From a bacterium (GTDB lineage: Bacteria > Electryoneota > JAOADG01), in NCBI GenBank assembly GCA_963681965.1, contig OY820579.1:2016001-2080000 (forward strand): a stretch of DNA of 64,000 nt, given 5' to 3'. The position numbers and the translations under genes were made by a program. The notes below the pieces were generated by a model, which searched no databases, was not told where the DNA came from, and saw only the letters and a list, made by a program, of their open reading frames with translations. Of this stretch, positions 19,650 to 29,446 are shown piece by piece. Every line of letters begins with the position of its first letter. Position 1 is the first letter of the stretch.

Positions 19650-20000
19650 TTACTTACTTTTCCCGGAAACGGAACCGTCGGGAACCAATTGAAAGACTTT
19701 CTCGCCCGGACGCGCCAGATGCCATTGATATCGAGCAACCCACTCGATGGCTTCAGCATCGTTGAATTGCAACGCCCGCATCAGACTGTCAAGCTCGGCG
19801 TTGGTGTGTTGCATGTCGCTGTAGGTATTCAATAACGAATCGTGACTCTGTTTCAATGTCCGATTCATTGAAAAGGATTTTTGAAAATTGACGGACATTA
19901 CCACGAAAAGGATTGTAAGTACGGAGTAAAAAATCAACGTTTGCCAGAAGCGTTTCCGTTGTGCTTTTCGTTCCGATTCTTCCATACCCAATTGTCGCAT
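19650..20000 (-). CDS. Septum formation initiator FtsB/DivIC family
   Basis: One TM segment, coiled coil, then IEWVARYQWHLARPGEKVF. Confidence 0.8.
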   Translation of the reverse strand: MRQLGMEESERKAQRKRFWQTLIFYSVLTILFVVMSVNFQKSFSMNRTLKQSHDSLLNTYSDMQHTNAELDSLMRALQFNDAEAIEWVARYQWHLARPGEKVFQLVPDGSVSGKSK

Positions 20001-20018
20001 GAATGAACCTCGAGTGAA

Positions 20019-21290
20019 CTAAGCGCTTTGTGCCAGCGGTGTTGATAAATCGGATCGGCGCAACATTTTTGGCGGAGCGCCATCGCGAACTGTCGCTTCG
20101 GTAATAACAATTTCAATCAAATCTTTGTCCGATGGAAGTTGATACATCCACTCCAACATCACTTGTTCGATGATCGAACGCAATGCCCGTGCACCGGTCT
20201 TTCGGATTTGCGCTTTTTCAACGATCGCTTTCAATGCTTCCGGTTCGAATCGGAGCTTGACTTCATCCAGTTCGAACAAGCGTTGAAACTGCTTGGTGAC
20301 GGCATTCTTCGGTTCGGTTAATATTTTTAACATCGCTTCGTCGGAGAGTTCTTCCAGCGGTGCAACCACCGGTAATCTTCCAACCAATTCGGGTATCAGT
20401 CCGAATTTCAGTAAGTCATCCGGTTCGGCTTGACGTAACAAATCATTAACTGACGTGTCGTGTTTCGATCGAATCTCGGCACCGAAACCCATTCCACTTC
20501 GACCAATGCGATTCGCAATAATTCGGTCGATCCCTTCGAATGCACCACCGCAGATAAATAAAATATTGCGGGTATTGATTGCGACTAATCGTTGCTCTGG
20601 ATGCTTTCGACCCCCTTCGGGAGGAATATTCGCAATCGTTCCCTCGAGCAATTTCAGTAGCGCTTGCTGAACTCCTTCGCCGGACACATCGCGAGTGATC
20701 GATGCCGATTCCTGCTTGCGAGAGATTTTATCCAATTCATCGATATACACAATTCCGATTTCGGTCAATGCGACATCGTAGTCGGCGGCTTGATATAATC
20801 TTACTAATACGTTCTCGACGTCTTCGCCAACATAACCGGCTTCAGTCAAAGTCGTGGCATCGGCGATAACGAATGGAACCTGTAAGAATCGCGCCAGTGT
20901 TTGTGCCAATAACGTCTTTCCAGTGCCAGTCGGACCAAGTAGTAAAACATTCGCTTTGTCGATCTCGATTGCATTTTCGGATTCTTGGGCACGGATTCGC
21001 TTGTAATGGTTGTAGACTGCGACAGACAAGATTTTTTTCGGAAGATCCTGACCGATGACATAAGTATCGAGTTGCTTCTTGATAGCTTCCGGAGTCGGAA
21101 GCGATTCAAGTGGTGCCGATTTCAACGGTGAGGATCGACGGATAATCTCATTCGAAGTTTTCACACAGGTGTCGCAAATTGCAACCCCCGGACCTGCAAT
21201 CAACAAGCGTGCCTGCGAAGCGCTGCGACCGCAAAAACTACAGCGATCGCTGCCGGAACCCCGAGGTCGTTGTTTTGAATCGTCTGACAT
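20019..21290 (-). CDS. clpX: ATP-dependent Clp protease ATP-binding subunit ClpX
   Basis: CSFCG Zn domain, [25 protein letters not shown]; start taken at MSDD (21290). Confidence 0.97.
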   Translation of the reverse strand: MSDDSKQRPRGSGSDRCSFCGRSASQARLLIAGPGVAICDTCVKTSNEIIRRSSPLKSAPLESLPTPEAIKKQLDTYVIGQDLPKKILSVAVYNHYKRIRAQESENAIEIDKANVLLLGPTGTGKTLLAQTLARFLQVPFVIADATTLTEAGYVGEDVENVLVRLYQAADYDVALTEIGIVYIDELDKISRKQESASITRDVSGEGVQQALLKLLEGTIANIPPEGGRKHPEQRLVAINTRNILFICGGAFEGIDRIIANRIGRSGMGFGAEIRSKHDTSVNDLLRQAEPDDLLKFGLIPELVGRLPVVAPLEELSDEAMLKILTEPKNAVTKQFQRLFELDEVKLRFEPEALKAIVEKAQIRKTGARALRSIIEQVMLEWMYQLPSDKDLIEIVITEATVRDGAPPKMLRRSDLSTPLAQSA

Positions 21291-21528
21291 ACATCCCAAT
21301 CGAAAAACAAATTGAACAATAGTGATTGAATGCGATACGCTGGGTTTTGGTTCCATCGCACAAAACATAAGGTAAGGTTTAAAGCGGTGTTTTTGCAATT
21401 CACAATGTCACAAAAAGCGGTTTTAGCGGTAATTTTCAAATAATCCGAAAAATCATTGTCTCATTGCGGAAAGGGTAATAATTTGCTTTCATTGATGTCG
21501 TCGCAAATTCGCTGTGTAAGGAGTTGTT

Positions 21529-21951
21529 TTGTCTCTACGTGCTTGGATTTTAGTAGCATTAACAACATTGGTTTGGGGTATCACACCGATCATTGAACGG
21601 AAAGTGATGCCGGGAACCGATGTCTTGGCAGGATTGACTTACCGGAATATCGTTTCGGCAGTACTGCTTGCAATTGCTGCAGTGGCAATGGGGAGGGTGG
21701 GTACTATTTTTACCCTCAATGCTTCACAATATGCCGGATTTGCCGCTTCAGCGATTCTCGGCGGAACAATTGGGTTGGGTCTCTTCTTCGCAGCATTAAA
21801 AATTGCGCCAGCGTCTCGTGTTATTCCGCTGACTGCTACTTTTCCGATGATTACCTACCTCTTCTCATACTGGTTGTTAAATGAACCCTTCACTGTGAAA
21901 GGGTTTCTCGGTGTATTGCTCATCATCGCTGGTGCTTCGCTACTTGCATAA
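21529..21951 (+). CDS. EamA/DMT family transporter (single repeat)
   Basis: WG...K, ALK..PASRVIPL, LNEP; 5 TM segments. Confidence 0.85.
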   Translation: MSLRAWILVALTTLVWGITPIIERKVMPGTDVLAGLTYRNIVSAVLLAIAAVAMGRVGTIFTLNASQYAGFAASAILGGTIGLGLFFAALKIAPASRVIPLTATFPMITYLFSYWLLNEPFTVKGFLGVLLIIAGASLLA

Positions 21952-22019
21952 TTATTTCTCACAATATTAGCGTTGTAAACACAATCAATTACCTCTAGAA
22001 GCTAGACTGATCGAGTTAA

Positions 22020-22035
22020 TGTGATATACTTCACT
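22020..22035. promoter_or_regulatory. Possible CRP/FNR-family binding site
   Basis: TGTGA-TATACT-TCACT (9/10 match to TGTGA-N6-TCACA), about 190 nt upstream of the V4R gene. Confidence 0.35.
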
Positions 22036-22226
22036 ATCATCGCGTTATTTTTGCTTCTACCCCTGAACCGTCTGTGAAGAATGTAGCTAACAATTTTACC
22101 TCATCCAACAATACTCCCTTGCAAGTTTCAAGAACATATTTGAATCGAATCGGGTTGTAATCTGAGCAAACTGAGCCATTGTATTTTTTAAACCGATGGA
22201 AGAGCTCTACCAAAACGGGGGTGAAA

Positions 22227-22823
22227 ATGAAAGCTTCGGATTTTAATCTGCAACGGGATTTAACCTACAACATTCAAACTGGAATCACTTCATTCCGAAA
22301 TAGTCGGCTGATCATCATGGATGCGAATGCACTGGGACTGTTGCGGAACGACTTGATCGAAGAATTGGGAATCGAGAAAGCACGACGATTTTTTCTCCGA
22401 TTCGGATATCAGAATGGATATGCCGACTTCATGCAAATGAAATTGAATTATACGTTCGATTCGGAGATGGATTTATTGGCTTCCGGTCCTGTGATCCATA
22501 CTTGGGAAGGGATTGTGCAGGCGACTCCTACCGAAATTCGATACGATCGAAATTCGGGTGAATTTTATTTTTCCGGGGTATGGACCAATTCCTACGAAGC
22601 GCAACAACACCTGTCGTATTATCCCGAAGGAAGTAATCCCGTTTGTTGGTCGTTAATGGGTTATGCTTCAGGCTGGTGCACTGCCTTCTTCGGACACAAG
22701 TTGTATGCGATTGAACCAGCTTGTATGGGAAAAGGCGATGATCACTGTGAATGGCTGATCCAACCAGCATCGGAGTGGGGAAGTGATGCACAAATGTACA
22801 TCGATGCATTAAAGGATTTTTAG
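22227..22823 (+). CDS. Stand-alone XylR N-terminal/V4R domain protein
   Basis: LGLLRNDLIEELG..ARRFFLRFGY, GPVIHTWEG, WTNSYEA, CW...GYASGW, E..C..KGDDHC; no AAA+ or HTH; start at MKAS assumed. Confidence 0.88.
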   Translation: MKASDFNLQRDLTYNIQTGITSFRNSRLIIMDANALGLLRNDLIEELGIEKARRFFLRFGYQNGYADFMQMKLNYTFDSEMDLLASGPVIHTWEGIVQATPTEIRYDRNSGEFYFSGVWTNSYEAQQHLSYYPEGSNPVCWSLMGYASGWCTAFFGHKLYAIEPACMGKGDDHCEWLIQPASEWGSDAQMYIDALKDF

Positions 22824-22832
22824 GAGGTAACA

Positions 22833-23024
22833 ATGGCTGAGACACTGTTAAAATACTATAAATATGTATCGGATCAGGTCGGATTAATGGGACAGGTGAA
22901 ACTGGCTCAAGCGACGTTAATTCCTTCGACGAAAGCGGCAATGTTACCGGATTCGAAAGACAATGTCGATTTGTTCAAAAAGGCGGTCGAGAAGATCACT
23001 GGAAAAACCGCTCCAGTTTTGTAA
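22833..23024 (+). CDS. Small hypothetical protein (63 aa)
   Basis: AGGAGG SD overlapping the upstream stop; helical-looking sequence. Confidence 0.8.
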   Translation: MAETLLKYYKYVSDQVGLMGQVKLAQATLIPSTKAAMLPDSKDNVDLFKKAVEKITGKTAPVL

Positions 23025-23148
23025 CCATCCCTTTTCAAATGAAAGACCTGGTGCGCAAATATAAATCGTCATTAGCAGTTGGAGGATGGCGCCTGTCAAC
23101 ATCACAAGACTAACGATAATTTTCACATATTCGCATTTCTTTCAAAAA

Positions 23149-23180
23149 TAAATCGGGACACCACTGGTGCCCCGATTTTC
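23149..23180. terminator. Bidirectional terminator
   Basis: AAATCGGGACACCA/TGGTGCCCCGATTTT hairpin between convergent genes. Confidence 0.65.
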
Positions 23181-23197
23181 TTCGGTGAATGTCGTGT

Positions 23198-24148
23198 TTA
23201 CGGTATCAAATGCGTGCGATAGATGCCTTGAGACGTGCCGGCATAGAGAAAATCGTTGCAAATTGTCAGACAATTGATTGTTAAATTCGCCAAATGAGTG
23301 TTGTACATCGTCCAACTTGTTCCGCCATTGGCAGAAACCATCACACCGGCACCGAGTCTTCCGGCAAAGACATAATCTCCGTATAAAGCCAGCGAAGTAA
23401 CCTTGTAATTGCCAGTCGTATCTTGAAAGACACGCGTCATTGTTGAATCGCTGCCACTCGATTTATAAATTTCAGCACCATCGGTACCCGCAAGAATTTC
23501 ATTAGCAGAATTACGGATGATCGAACCCACTGCCGATCCGATTTGTCGGGTTAGCCAAGTAGTACCGCCGTTTGTCGAACGGTACAATCCACTCAAATTC
23601 CCAATACAAATCTTGTTGATACTACCCGAAGGTGGGGAAACGAATATGGCTTTAATCGGTGAAGTCGATGGCACTGGTACTGCTGTCCAGTTGGCGCCGT
23701 GATCGGTCGAATACCGACAACCATAACCTGCAGAATAAAGCTTGTCCGGTGATCCGGGAATGACGAAGAGACGGTCGTAATTGGAATTGTTGGCTAGATT
23801 GACCCAGCTATCCCCTTGATCGGGTGAATAAAAACCGTTGGTATAAACATACCCACTCGAGCTGGCAACTGCCGATGCTTGCACAATCGAATGTAACCGG
23901 GCAGTATCGATCGACATCATCGACCAATGATCGCCGTTATCGGTCGTTCGAATCAAACTGTTCGCGATCACGTACCGACTCGGAGTCGAGACGATCGATG
24001 TAACATTCATCGAGTCGATCACTGCGACCCAATTTGCCGGCTGTATCGATTGACCTTCGTTGGGTTGGGTTACCGAGTCATGTTTACACCCGATTATAAC
24101 AACCACCATCAAAAGTAAAACAAAAATAGTCGCACTTAGCTTATTCAT
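23198..24148 (-). CDS. Lipoprotein with BNR/Asp-box beta-propeller repeats
   Basis: Lipobox IIGC; repeated S/T-x-D/N-x-G-x-x-W motifs. Confidence 0.8.
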   Translation of the reverse strand: MNKLSATIFVLLLMVVVIIGCKHDSVTQPNEGQSIQPANWVAVIDSMNVTSIVSTPSRYVIANSLIRTTDNGDHWSMMSIDTARLHSIVQASAVASSSGYVYTNGFYSPDQGDSWVNLANNSNYDRLFVIPGSPDKLYSAGYGCRYSTDHGANWTAVPVPSTSPIKAIFVSPPSGSINKICIGNLSGLYRSTNGGTTWLTRQIGSAVGSIIRNSANEILAGTDGAEIYKSSGSDSTMTRVFQDTTGNYKVTSLALYGDYVFAGRLGAGVMVSANGGTSWTMYNTHLANLTINCLTICNDFLYAGTSQGIYRTHLIP

Positions 24149-24242
24149 CGTATCCTCCTGGCGAGATTCAGTTGTATCAAAAAATAACCCTCAATTCAAT
24201 CTACTACAATAGGCTCTCGACATTTACTGCAATATCTCGACA

Positions 24243-27200
24243 CTAATTAATTTCTGGTTCCACCAATTGAGTAAACTTTGTCGGAAGCATCAGTTCCTCT
24301 TCGGTTTTTCCCAATTCCAATAATTTAATCCGGAAATCCAGAATGATTGATAATTCTGGAACTAATCCCAAGTTAGCTTGGTCGATTAAGTTTACAATCG
24401 ATCTATAAATTTCACAAGCATTGTCTAATCGATTCGTTTCAATCAACAACTGTCCAAAATTGCTCAAATTGTTGGCATATTCGAGTGGGGCATTGATTTC
24501 GGAAAATAACTCGATTGTCTGACGATAATGTGCTTCAGCCGATTCATACTGATGGCAATCGCGTTCGATATTCGCGATATTTCCCAGTGCGACCCCTTCA
24601 TTCCTACGATTCCCGATCTCCCGATGAATTGCCAGTGCTTGAGTCAAGTACGACATCGCGGTCTTAAGTTCACCGATTTGATAGTAAACTACGCCGATAT
24701 CTGCCAGTGTCATACCCTCGTAACGACGGTCGCCGATGTCGCGATGAATTGTCAGCGCCTCCTGGTAATAGTGCAGAGCAATTTCCGAGTCATTCAGCTT
24801 CTGATAGATATATCCCAGACTAGCTAGAACACTACCCTCGAATTCACGATTTCCCAATTCCCGATCAAGTGTTAGTGCTGCTTCTAATAAGCTTCGCGCG
24901 GCATCGAAATTACCAAGCAGAATTTCCAGATTTCCGAGATTACCAAGAACGATCCCCTCCGACCAGCGATTGCCGACTTCGCGATGAATCAACATTGCTC
25001 CCTGATAATACTGCGCTGCGGTTGAAATGTTTCCCCGATCCTGTTCCAAACCTGCAAGATTTCCCAGTACGACCCCTTCGCAATTTCGATTGCCAACATC
25101 GCGAGCGATAAGTAATGCGGCTTGGTAATGTTTGTTGGATTCATCGTACTTACCGCACTCTCGAAACAACGTCCCTAAATTAGCCATCAGGAACGCTTCG
25201 GATTGTCGATTGCCAACTTGACGGGTTATCTCCAATGCTTCGGTGTAATATTTTTCCGCCAGATCGAGTTTGGCATGATCGTGATGGAGAATACCCAACG
25301 TGCCGAGTACAACCCCTTCCGACCAGCGATTCCCGCTTTCACGGCTGATTGCCAAAGCCTGTTCATAACGTGCTTGCGCTTCCGTTAACAAACCGCGATT
25401 ATGATAGAGAATCCCGAGTTGATTCAGAATTCCGCATTCTTCACTCTTGTCATCGATTAATTTGCACTGCTCGAGCGCTAGTTCGTATTCGTATTGCGCT
25501 TCCTCCAGCGATCCCATCAGTTTACCAATTCCACCTTGAGCGAAATGAAGCCGTAATAACTGCTGAGGTACTTGCTGAAGATTGGCGATCAACGCCATCT
25601 TGGCAATGATCTGACGAGAATGATCGAGATTTCCGCGCAAGGTCTCAATTTGCTCAGTTAATGCGAGTACTTCGAACAGTCGATTGTTATTTTCAAGATT
25701 GGGTTGATCGTTTTCTAGCAGGTGAAGCAAGCGACTCGACCAACGCAGTCCCTCGGTGTTTTGATACTTTTTCTGCGAATAGCGCAATGCGTGAATGCCC
25801 CAGACGATCGCTTGTTGATTGTCTTCTGCCATCATCCAATGAAACGCGATGATACCGGCATACGGACCTACGGGATCGGGATAAATCTGAATCAATGCTT
25901 GTGCCACAATTCGATGCAGCAGGATGCGGTTATGTCGGAGCAACGTGTCGTACGATACATTGCGAATCAGTACGTGTTTGAAGGCATAAGTCGGATCTGC
26001 ACTCTGATCGGATTTACTCAAGAAATTCCGTTGCACCAATTGATCCAGAATTGAATCGTACGATTTATTCGATTCGAATTTCTTCGAAACGAGCGAAAAC
26101 AAACGATGCGAAAATTTCATGCCGATTACTGCTGCCGATTGCAGTAGTTGCTTCTGTTCGATCGGCAATCGGTCGATACGAGACCGCAACAATCCCGATA
26201 GTGTTGAGGGGATACAGGCATCAGAATCGGACACTGTCAGCGTCCATTTATCGCCTTCTGCGATCAGTGTCCCTTGTTCCAGTAAATTGACAACCAATTC
26301 CTCGAGAAAATATGGGTTACCCTGCGAATGATTGTAGATAAATTTGTAGATATCGCGATCGATTTTCGCACTGCGATTGGGAAGACTGAGAGCTAGCATT
26401 TTCTGTAACAAATCGTCAACTGCGGTTTCCGGCAACGGTGCTAGTGTCATCGAGCGATGCGTGGTATAATGCTCGGAAGGGGTAAAGTCCGGAAGATCGC
26501 GCTGGTCGTGTTCCGGTCGGTACAATTCGAATAAAATTAGCGGGCGATCGGTGACAATATTATTTAATACAAAGTGCAAAGCATCCAGCGAACTATCGTC
26601 AACCCAATGTAAATCCTCAAGTACTAAAATTACCGCTTTTTTATCGATGATCACTGCTTGCAAAAAAAGTCGCAATGCCACCAGTAGTGCTTGCTGATGT
26701 GCCTTTTCTTCGAGCGATTGCCAATGCGAGTCGGTCGGTAATCCGAGCAGGTCGAATAATGCTTGTAACGATAATTCGGTCGAATCTTTATCGGATTGAA
26801 TCGCACCGAATAGTTGACTAAGTACTTTGCTCACTTCCCCAGAATCGGTTTGTGTTTGATTGAAATAATCGCGCAACAAACTTGACCAAAGCCAATACGC
26901 CGGTTGTGCAAATGAAAGTGCCTGCGCATTCAGTACTAATCCGTCTGGTAATTGGATTTCTTTCAAAAATTGTCGAACCAGTCGGGATTTACCAATCCCT
27001 GCTTCACCGACGATCGAAACCACCGTTGATTTCACACCGCCAAATCGGTTTCGCTCGTCCGAATGGAGAATCTCCTGCCACTGTTCGTGGAGCCAACTCA
27101 GCTCACTTTGGCGCCCGGCAAACGATGGGTTGGCAATATTAGCAGCGCGATTCCACCGCTGTTGCTGCTTCGTACCCGGACCCAACACTCGATATGCGTG

Positions 27201-27821
27201 AATCGGCAGCCGTTTCCCTTTGACCGTGATTTCGCCAAGATCTTTCCAAGCAAATTCATCACCGCAGAATTTGAAGACTCGTTCAGTACACTGGATGGTG
27301 TTGACTTCCGCACTGCTTTCCATTCGGGAAGCTTGATTGACTTCGTCGCCTGTTACTGTGTAATGACCCGAAGGGTCGGGAGCTACAGTAACCGATCCGT
27401 AATTGATCCCGATCCGTGCATTCAATTCCAATCCATTCGATGCGATGATTTCGTTGATCGATGCAAATGTCTCCATCATTTTCATCGCTGCTGCTACGGC
27501 GCGAATACAATCGTTCTCCGATGCCTGTTTCGCACCGAACAGCGCCATGATCAAGTCGCCTTCGAATTTATCGACGATACCGCCATATCCTTCGACGACA
27601 CGTGCCAGTGCCGACATGACACTCGTGACCAATTGATGGACAGTTTCGTGATCGAGTTTTTCGGAGAGATCGGTATAGTTTTTTAAGTCGAGGAAGAGAA
27701 TCGCTACATCTCGTCGCTCTCCCGGGAGAAAGACCTCGGTTCGACTTGATGTCTGAGATTGGAATGTATCGGATAATTTTTTTAGATCCGCGTTCAACAA
27801 TGTCATCCACTCATTAGGCAT
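24243..27821 (-). CDS. Class III adenylate/guanylate cyclase + STAND AAA ATPase + TPR protein
   Basis: ILFLDL, DKFEGD, YTVTGDEVNQASRME; Walker A GEAGIGKS, Walker B LEDLHW, GNPYF; about 40-aa TPR repeats. Confidence 0.92.
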   Translation of the reverse strand: MPNEWMTLLNADLKKLSDTFQSQTSSRTEVFLPGERRDVAILFLDLKNYTDLSEKLDHETVHQLVTSVMSALARVVEGYGGIVDKFEGDLIMALFGAKQASENDCIRAVAAAMKMMETFASINEIIASNGLELNARIGINYGSVTVAPDPSGHYTVTGDEVNQASRMESSAEVNTIQCTERVFKFCGDEFAWKDLGEITVKGKRLPIHAYRVLGPGTKQQQRWNRAANIANPSFAGRQSELSWLHEQWQEILHSDERNRFGGVKSTVVSIVGEAGIGKSRLVRQFLKEIQLPDGLVLNAQALSFAQPAYWLWSSLLRDYFNQTQTDSGEVSKVLSQLFGAIQSDKDSTELSLQALFDLLGLPTDSHWQSLEEKAHQQALLVALRLFLQAVIIDKKAVILVLEDLHWVDDSSLDALHFVLNNIVTDRPLILFELYRPEHDQRDLPDFTPSEHYTTHRSMTLAPLPETAVDDLLQKMLALSLPNRSAKIDRDIYKFIYNHSQGNPYFLEELVVNLLEQGTLIAEGDKWTLTVSDSDACIPSTLSGLLRSRIDRLPIEQKQLLQSAAVIGMKFSHRLFSLVSKKFESNKSYDSILDQLVQRNFLSKSDQSADPTYAFKHVLIRNVSYDTLLRHNRILLHRIVAQALIQIYPDPVGPYAGIIAFHWMMAEDNQQAIVWGIHALRYSQKKYQNTEGLRWSSRLLHLLENDQPNLENNNRLFEVLALTEQIETLRGNLDHSRQIIAKMALIANLQQVPQQLLRLHFAQGGIGKLMGSLEEAQYEYELALEQCKLIDDKSEECGILNQLGILYHNRGLLTEAQARYEQALAISRESGNRWSEGVVLGTLGILHHDHAKLDLAEKYYTEALEITRQVGNRQSEAFLMANLGTLFRECGKYDESNKHYQAALLIARDVGNRNCEGVVLGNLAGLEQDRGNISTAAQYYQGAMLIHREVGNRWSEGIVLGNLGNLEILLGNFDAARSLLEAALTLDRELGNREFEGSVLASLGYIYQKLNDSEIALHYYQEALTIHRDIGDRRYEGMTLADIGVVYYQIGELKTAMSYLTQALAIHREIGNRRNEGVALGNIANIERDCHQYESAEAHYRQTIELFSEINAPLEYANNLSNFGQLLIETNRLDNACEIYRSIVNLIDQANLGLVPELSIILDFRIKLLELGKTEEELMLPTKFTQLVEPEIN

Positions 27822-27892
27822 AGATTAGTCTCGAATTGTCCATCGAAATAATAACGTTGAAACGCGCAAAATAAAATTGGTAAGACGAATTC

Positions 27893-29386
27893 CTAATTGG
27901 AGATTGCTTTAATTCTGTACACATACCGCAGCCCACGATCGTTATTAACCGAGAACCAGTTGGCGGACGTGGTGGCGATCGGTATAAAATTGAGTGAATA
28001 AGGCGCGGATGTGGGTTGGGCGTACTCAATCTGATACTGGATGTTCGCATTTAACGGAAGATCGCGATTTCGGAAATCCTTGGTGACTGGATCCCAATAC
28101 AAGCAATGCGTTTCGGTATCAAATCGAAAATTCACCGGATTCAAAGGAGGTGAATAGTCGCGCAAAGCTTCAAATACGAATTTTGCCAGACTATCACTAA
28201 CCAGCGTAGCATTACTAGCGGTAATTGCAACATTCATATAGGGTGCAGTACGCTGGCGGACGATCGCTTCTTTTTGATAGAGATATTGGAGGAATCCTCC
28301 TGAACCATTGACGAGAAAGCGGCTATCGATCGAGGAGTTGGTTGAATCGATCGTATTGTAGATGTTGTATGCCTCGGTACAAACCGGAGCTGAGCTGCCG
28401 GTTAAATATGATGATATGGATGTTTGATTAACCCACACTGGAACACCGATAGTCGTTAGCGGTGAGCCGAGGAAGAACCAAACCAGCGGTGGTGCCCAAC
28501 TGCCATCCGGCAGTCGTTTACCGCCCTGAATAACCAATCCGGCACTGGTATTACGCCGACAAATTGAGCCATTCATTGAAACATACGCATACGGAAAACC
28601 GCTGAAATTACCATTGTAGGGTAGAGGAAACGCATTCGGCGACCACCCGTCGGGAGCGATATCGCGCATGATGTGAAACACCGAATCAAGCGTCAGTTGA
28701 CCTGCCAAGATGGAATTGTAATAACACCGTCGTGCCCGGTTATTGCGGTAAAAGCCCAGTGGGTTGTGCAAGGTGTCGCCACTATAGCCGTAATTAGCTC
28801 TTACAAAATAGCCATTCGGGGTAGAACTGGTCAGGGTATATTCAACCCAGGAATGACGACGAGCTTCGAAAATCGACATCGCACCTGACGAATCGAAAAC
28901 AAAAAAATCGGAAGGGGTGTTTCGTCCGGTATCCGGAGCATGGACATAAAAGTTGGTGTTATTCAGAATGGTGCGAAATTGTGCAATAGTATTGCATGTA
29001 CCTAGAGCCAGTGTTTGAATAGTGCCATCGTCATCGGGAGTAATGAATGATTCAAAATTCCATGCATTCGAATTTGCCACCGCAAATCCCGCCGAATTCA
29101 CACCGCCCCATACTTCAGTCAGTTGATCGCCGTAACCGATTCCAATAAAGCGATACGTCGGTCCGGTAAACAGTCGCGCTACTTCGTTCCGGTTCGATAC
29201 ATCCCGGTTTTTCCAAATGATCATTCGACCATCTGCCGTTCGAGAAGCACGAACTAACGCCAGAGTACAACCGTCGGAAGAATTGACCGGGTGGGTCGAG
29301 AACAGGATTATACCCACGCAGATCAGCGTAAGAAGAGTGGATGGGAGAATTGGTATACGGTCGGTTATGCGATACAAGGCTGTCAT
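27893..29386 (-). CDS. Secreted Ntn-hydrolase (C45/isopenicillin-N acyltransferase-like) with FN3-like tail
   Basis: Signal peptide then G-CT; DGR.IIWKNRD, GGVNSAGFA, RANY; C-terminal LYWDPV..YQI..YVYRIKA. Confidence 0.75.
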   Translation of the reverse strand: MTALYRITDRIPILPSTLLTLICVGIILFSTHPVNSSDGCTLALVRASRTADGRMIIWKNRDVSNRNEVARLFTGPTYRFIGIGYGDQLTEVWGGVNSAGFAVANSNAWNFESFITPDDDGTIQTLALGTCNTIAQFRTILNNTNFYVHAPDTGRNTPSDFFVFDSSGAMSIFEARRHSWVEYTLTSSTPNGYFVRANYGYSGDTLHNPLGFYRNNRARRCYYNSILAGQLTLDSVFHIMRDIAPDGWSPNAFPLPYNGNFSGFPYAYVSMNGSICRRNTSAGLVIQGGKRLPDGSWAPPLVWFFLGSPLTTIGVPVWVNQTSISSYLTGSSAPVCTEAYNIYNTIDSTNSSIDSRFLVNGSGGFLQYLYQKEAIVRQRTAPYMNVAITASNATLVSDSLAKFVFEALRDYSPPLNPVNFRFDTETHCLYWDPVTKDFRNRDLPLNANIQYQIEYAQPTSAPYSLNFIPIATTSANWFSVNNDRGLRYVYRIKAISN

Positions 29387-29446
29387 GAATAACCTTTCGA
29401 AGTCGTCGAGTTGTACTATTCGAAGTGCGAATGCTGACAGAAGTTA

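Noticed and set aside
21291-21398. Longest-ORF N-terminal extensions (clpX; likewise pdhB, lutA, mutY, rsmB, first araC, tsaA, dsbD)
   Set aside because: Downstream starts fit SD position, gene overlaps and family N-termini better
24450-25560. Repeats as a DGR template/variable pair
   Set aside because: Ordinary diverged TPR coding repeats; no reverse transcriptase and no adenine-specific pattern seen
27063-27686. Long antisense ORFs (also 40321-40860, 41375-41935, 53269-53784, 62171-62773)
   Set aside because: Shadow frames of well-supported genes with no recognisable motifs
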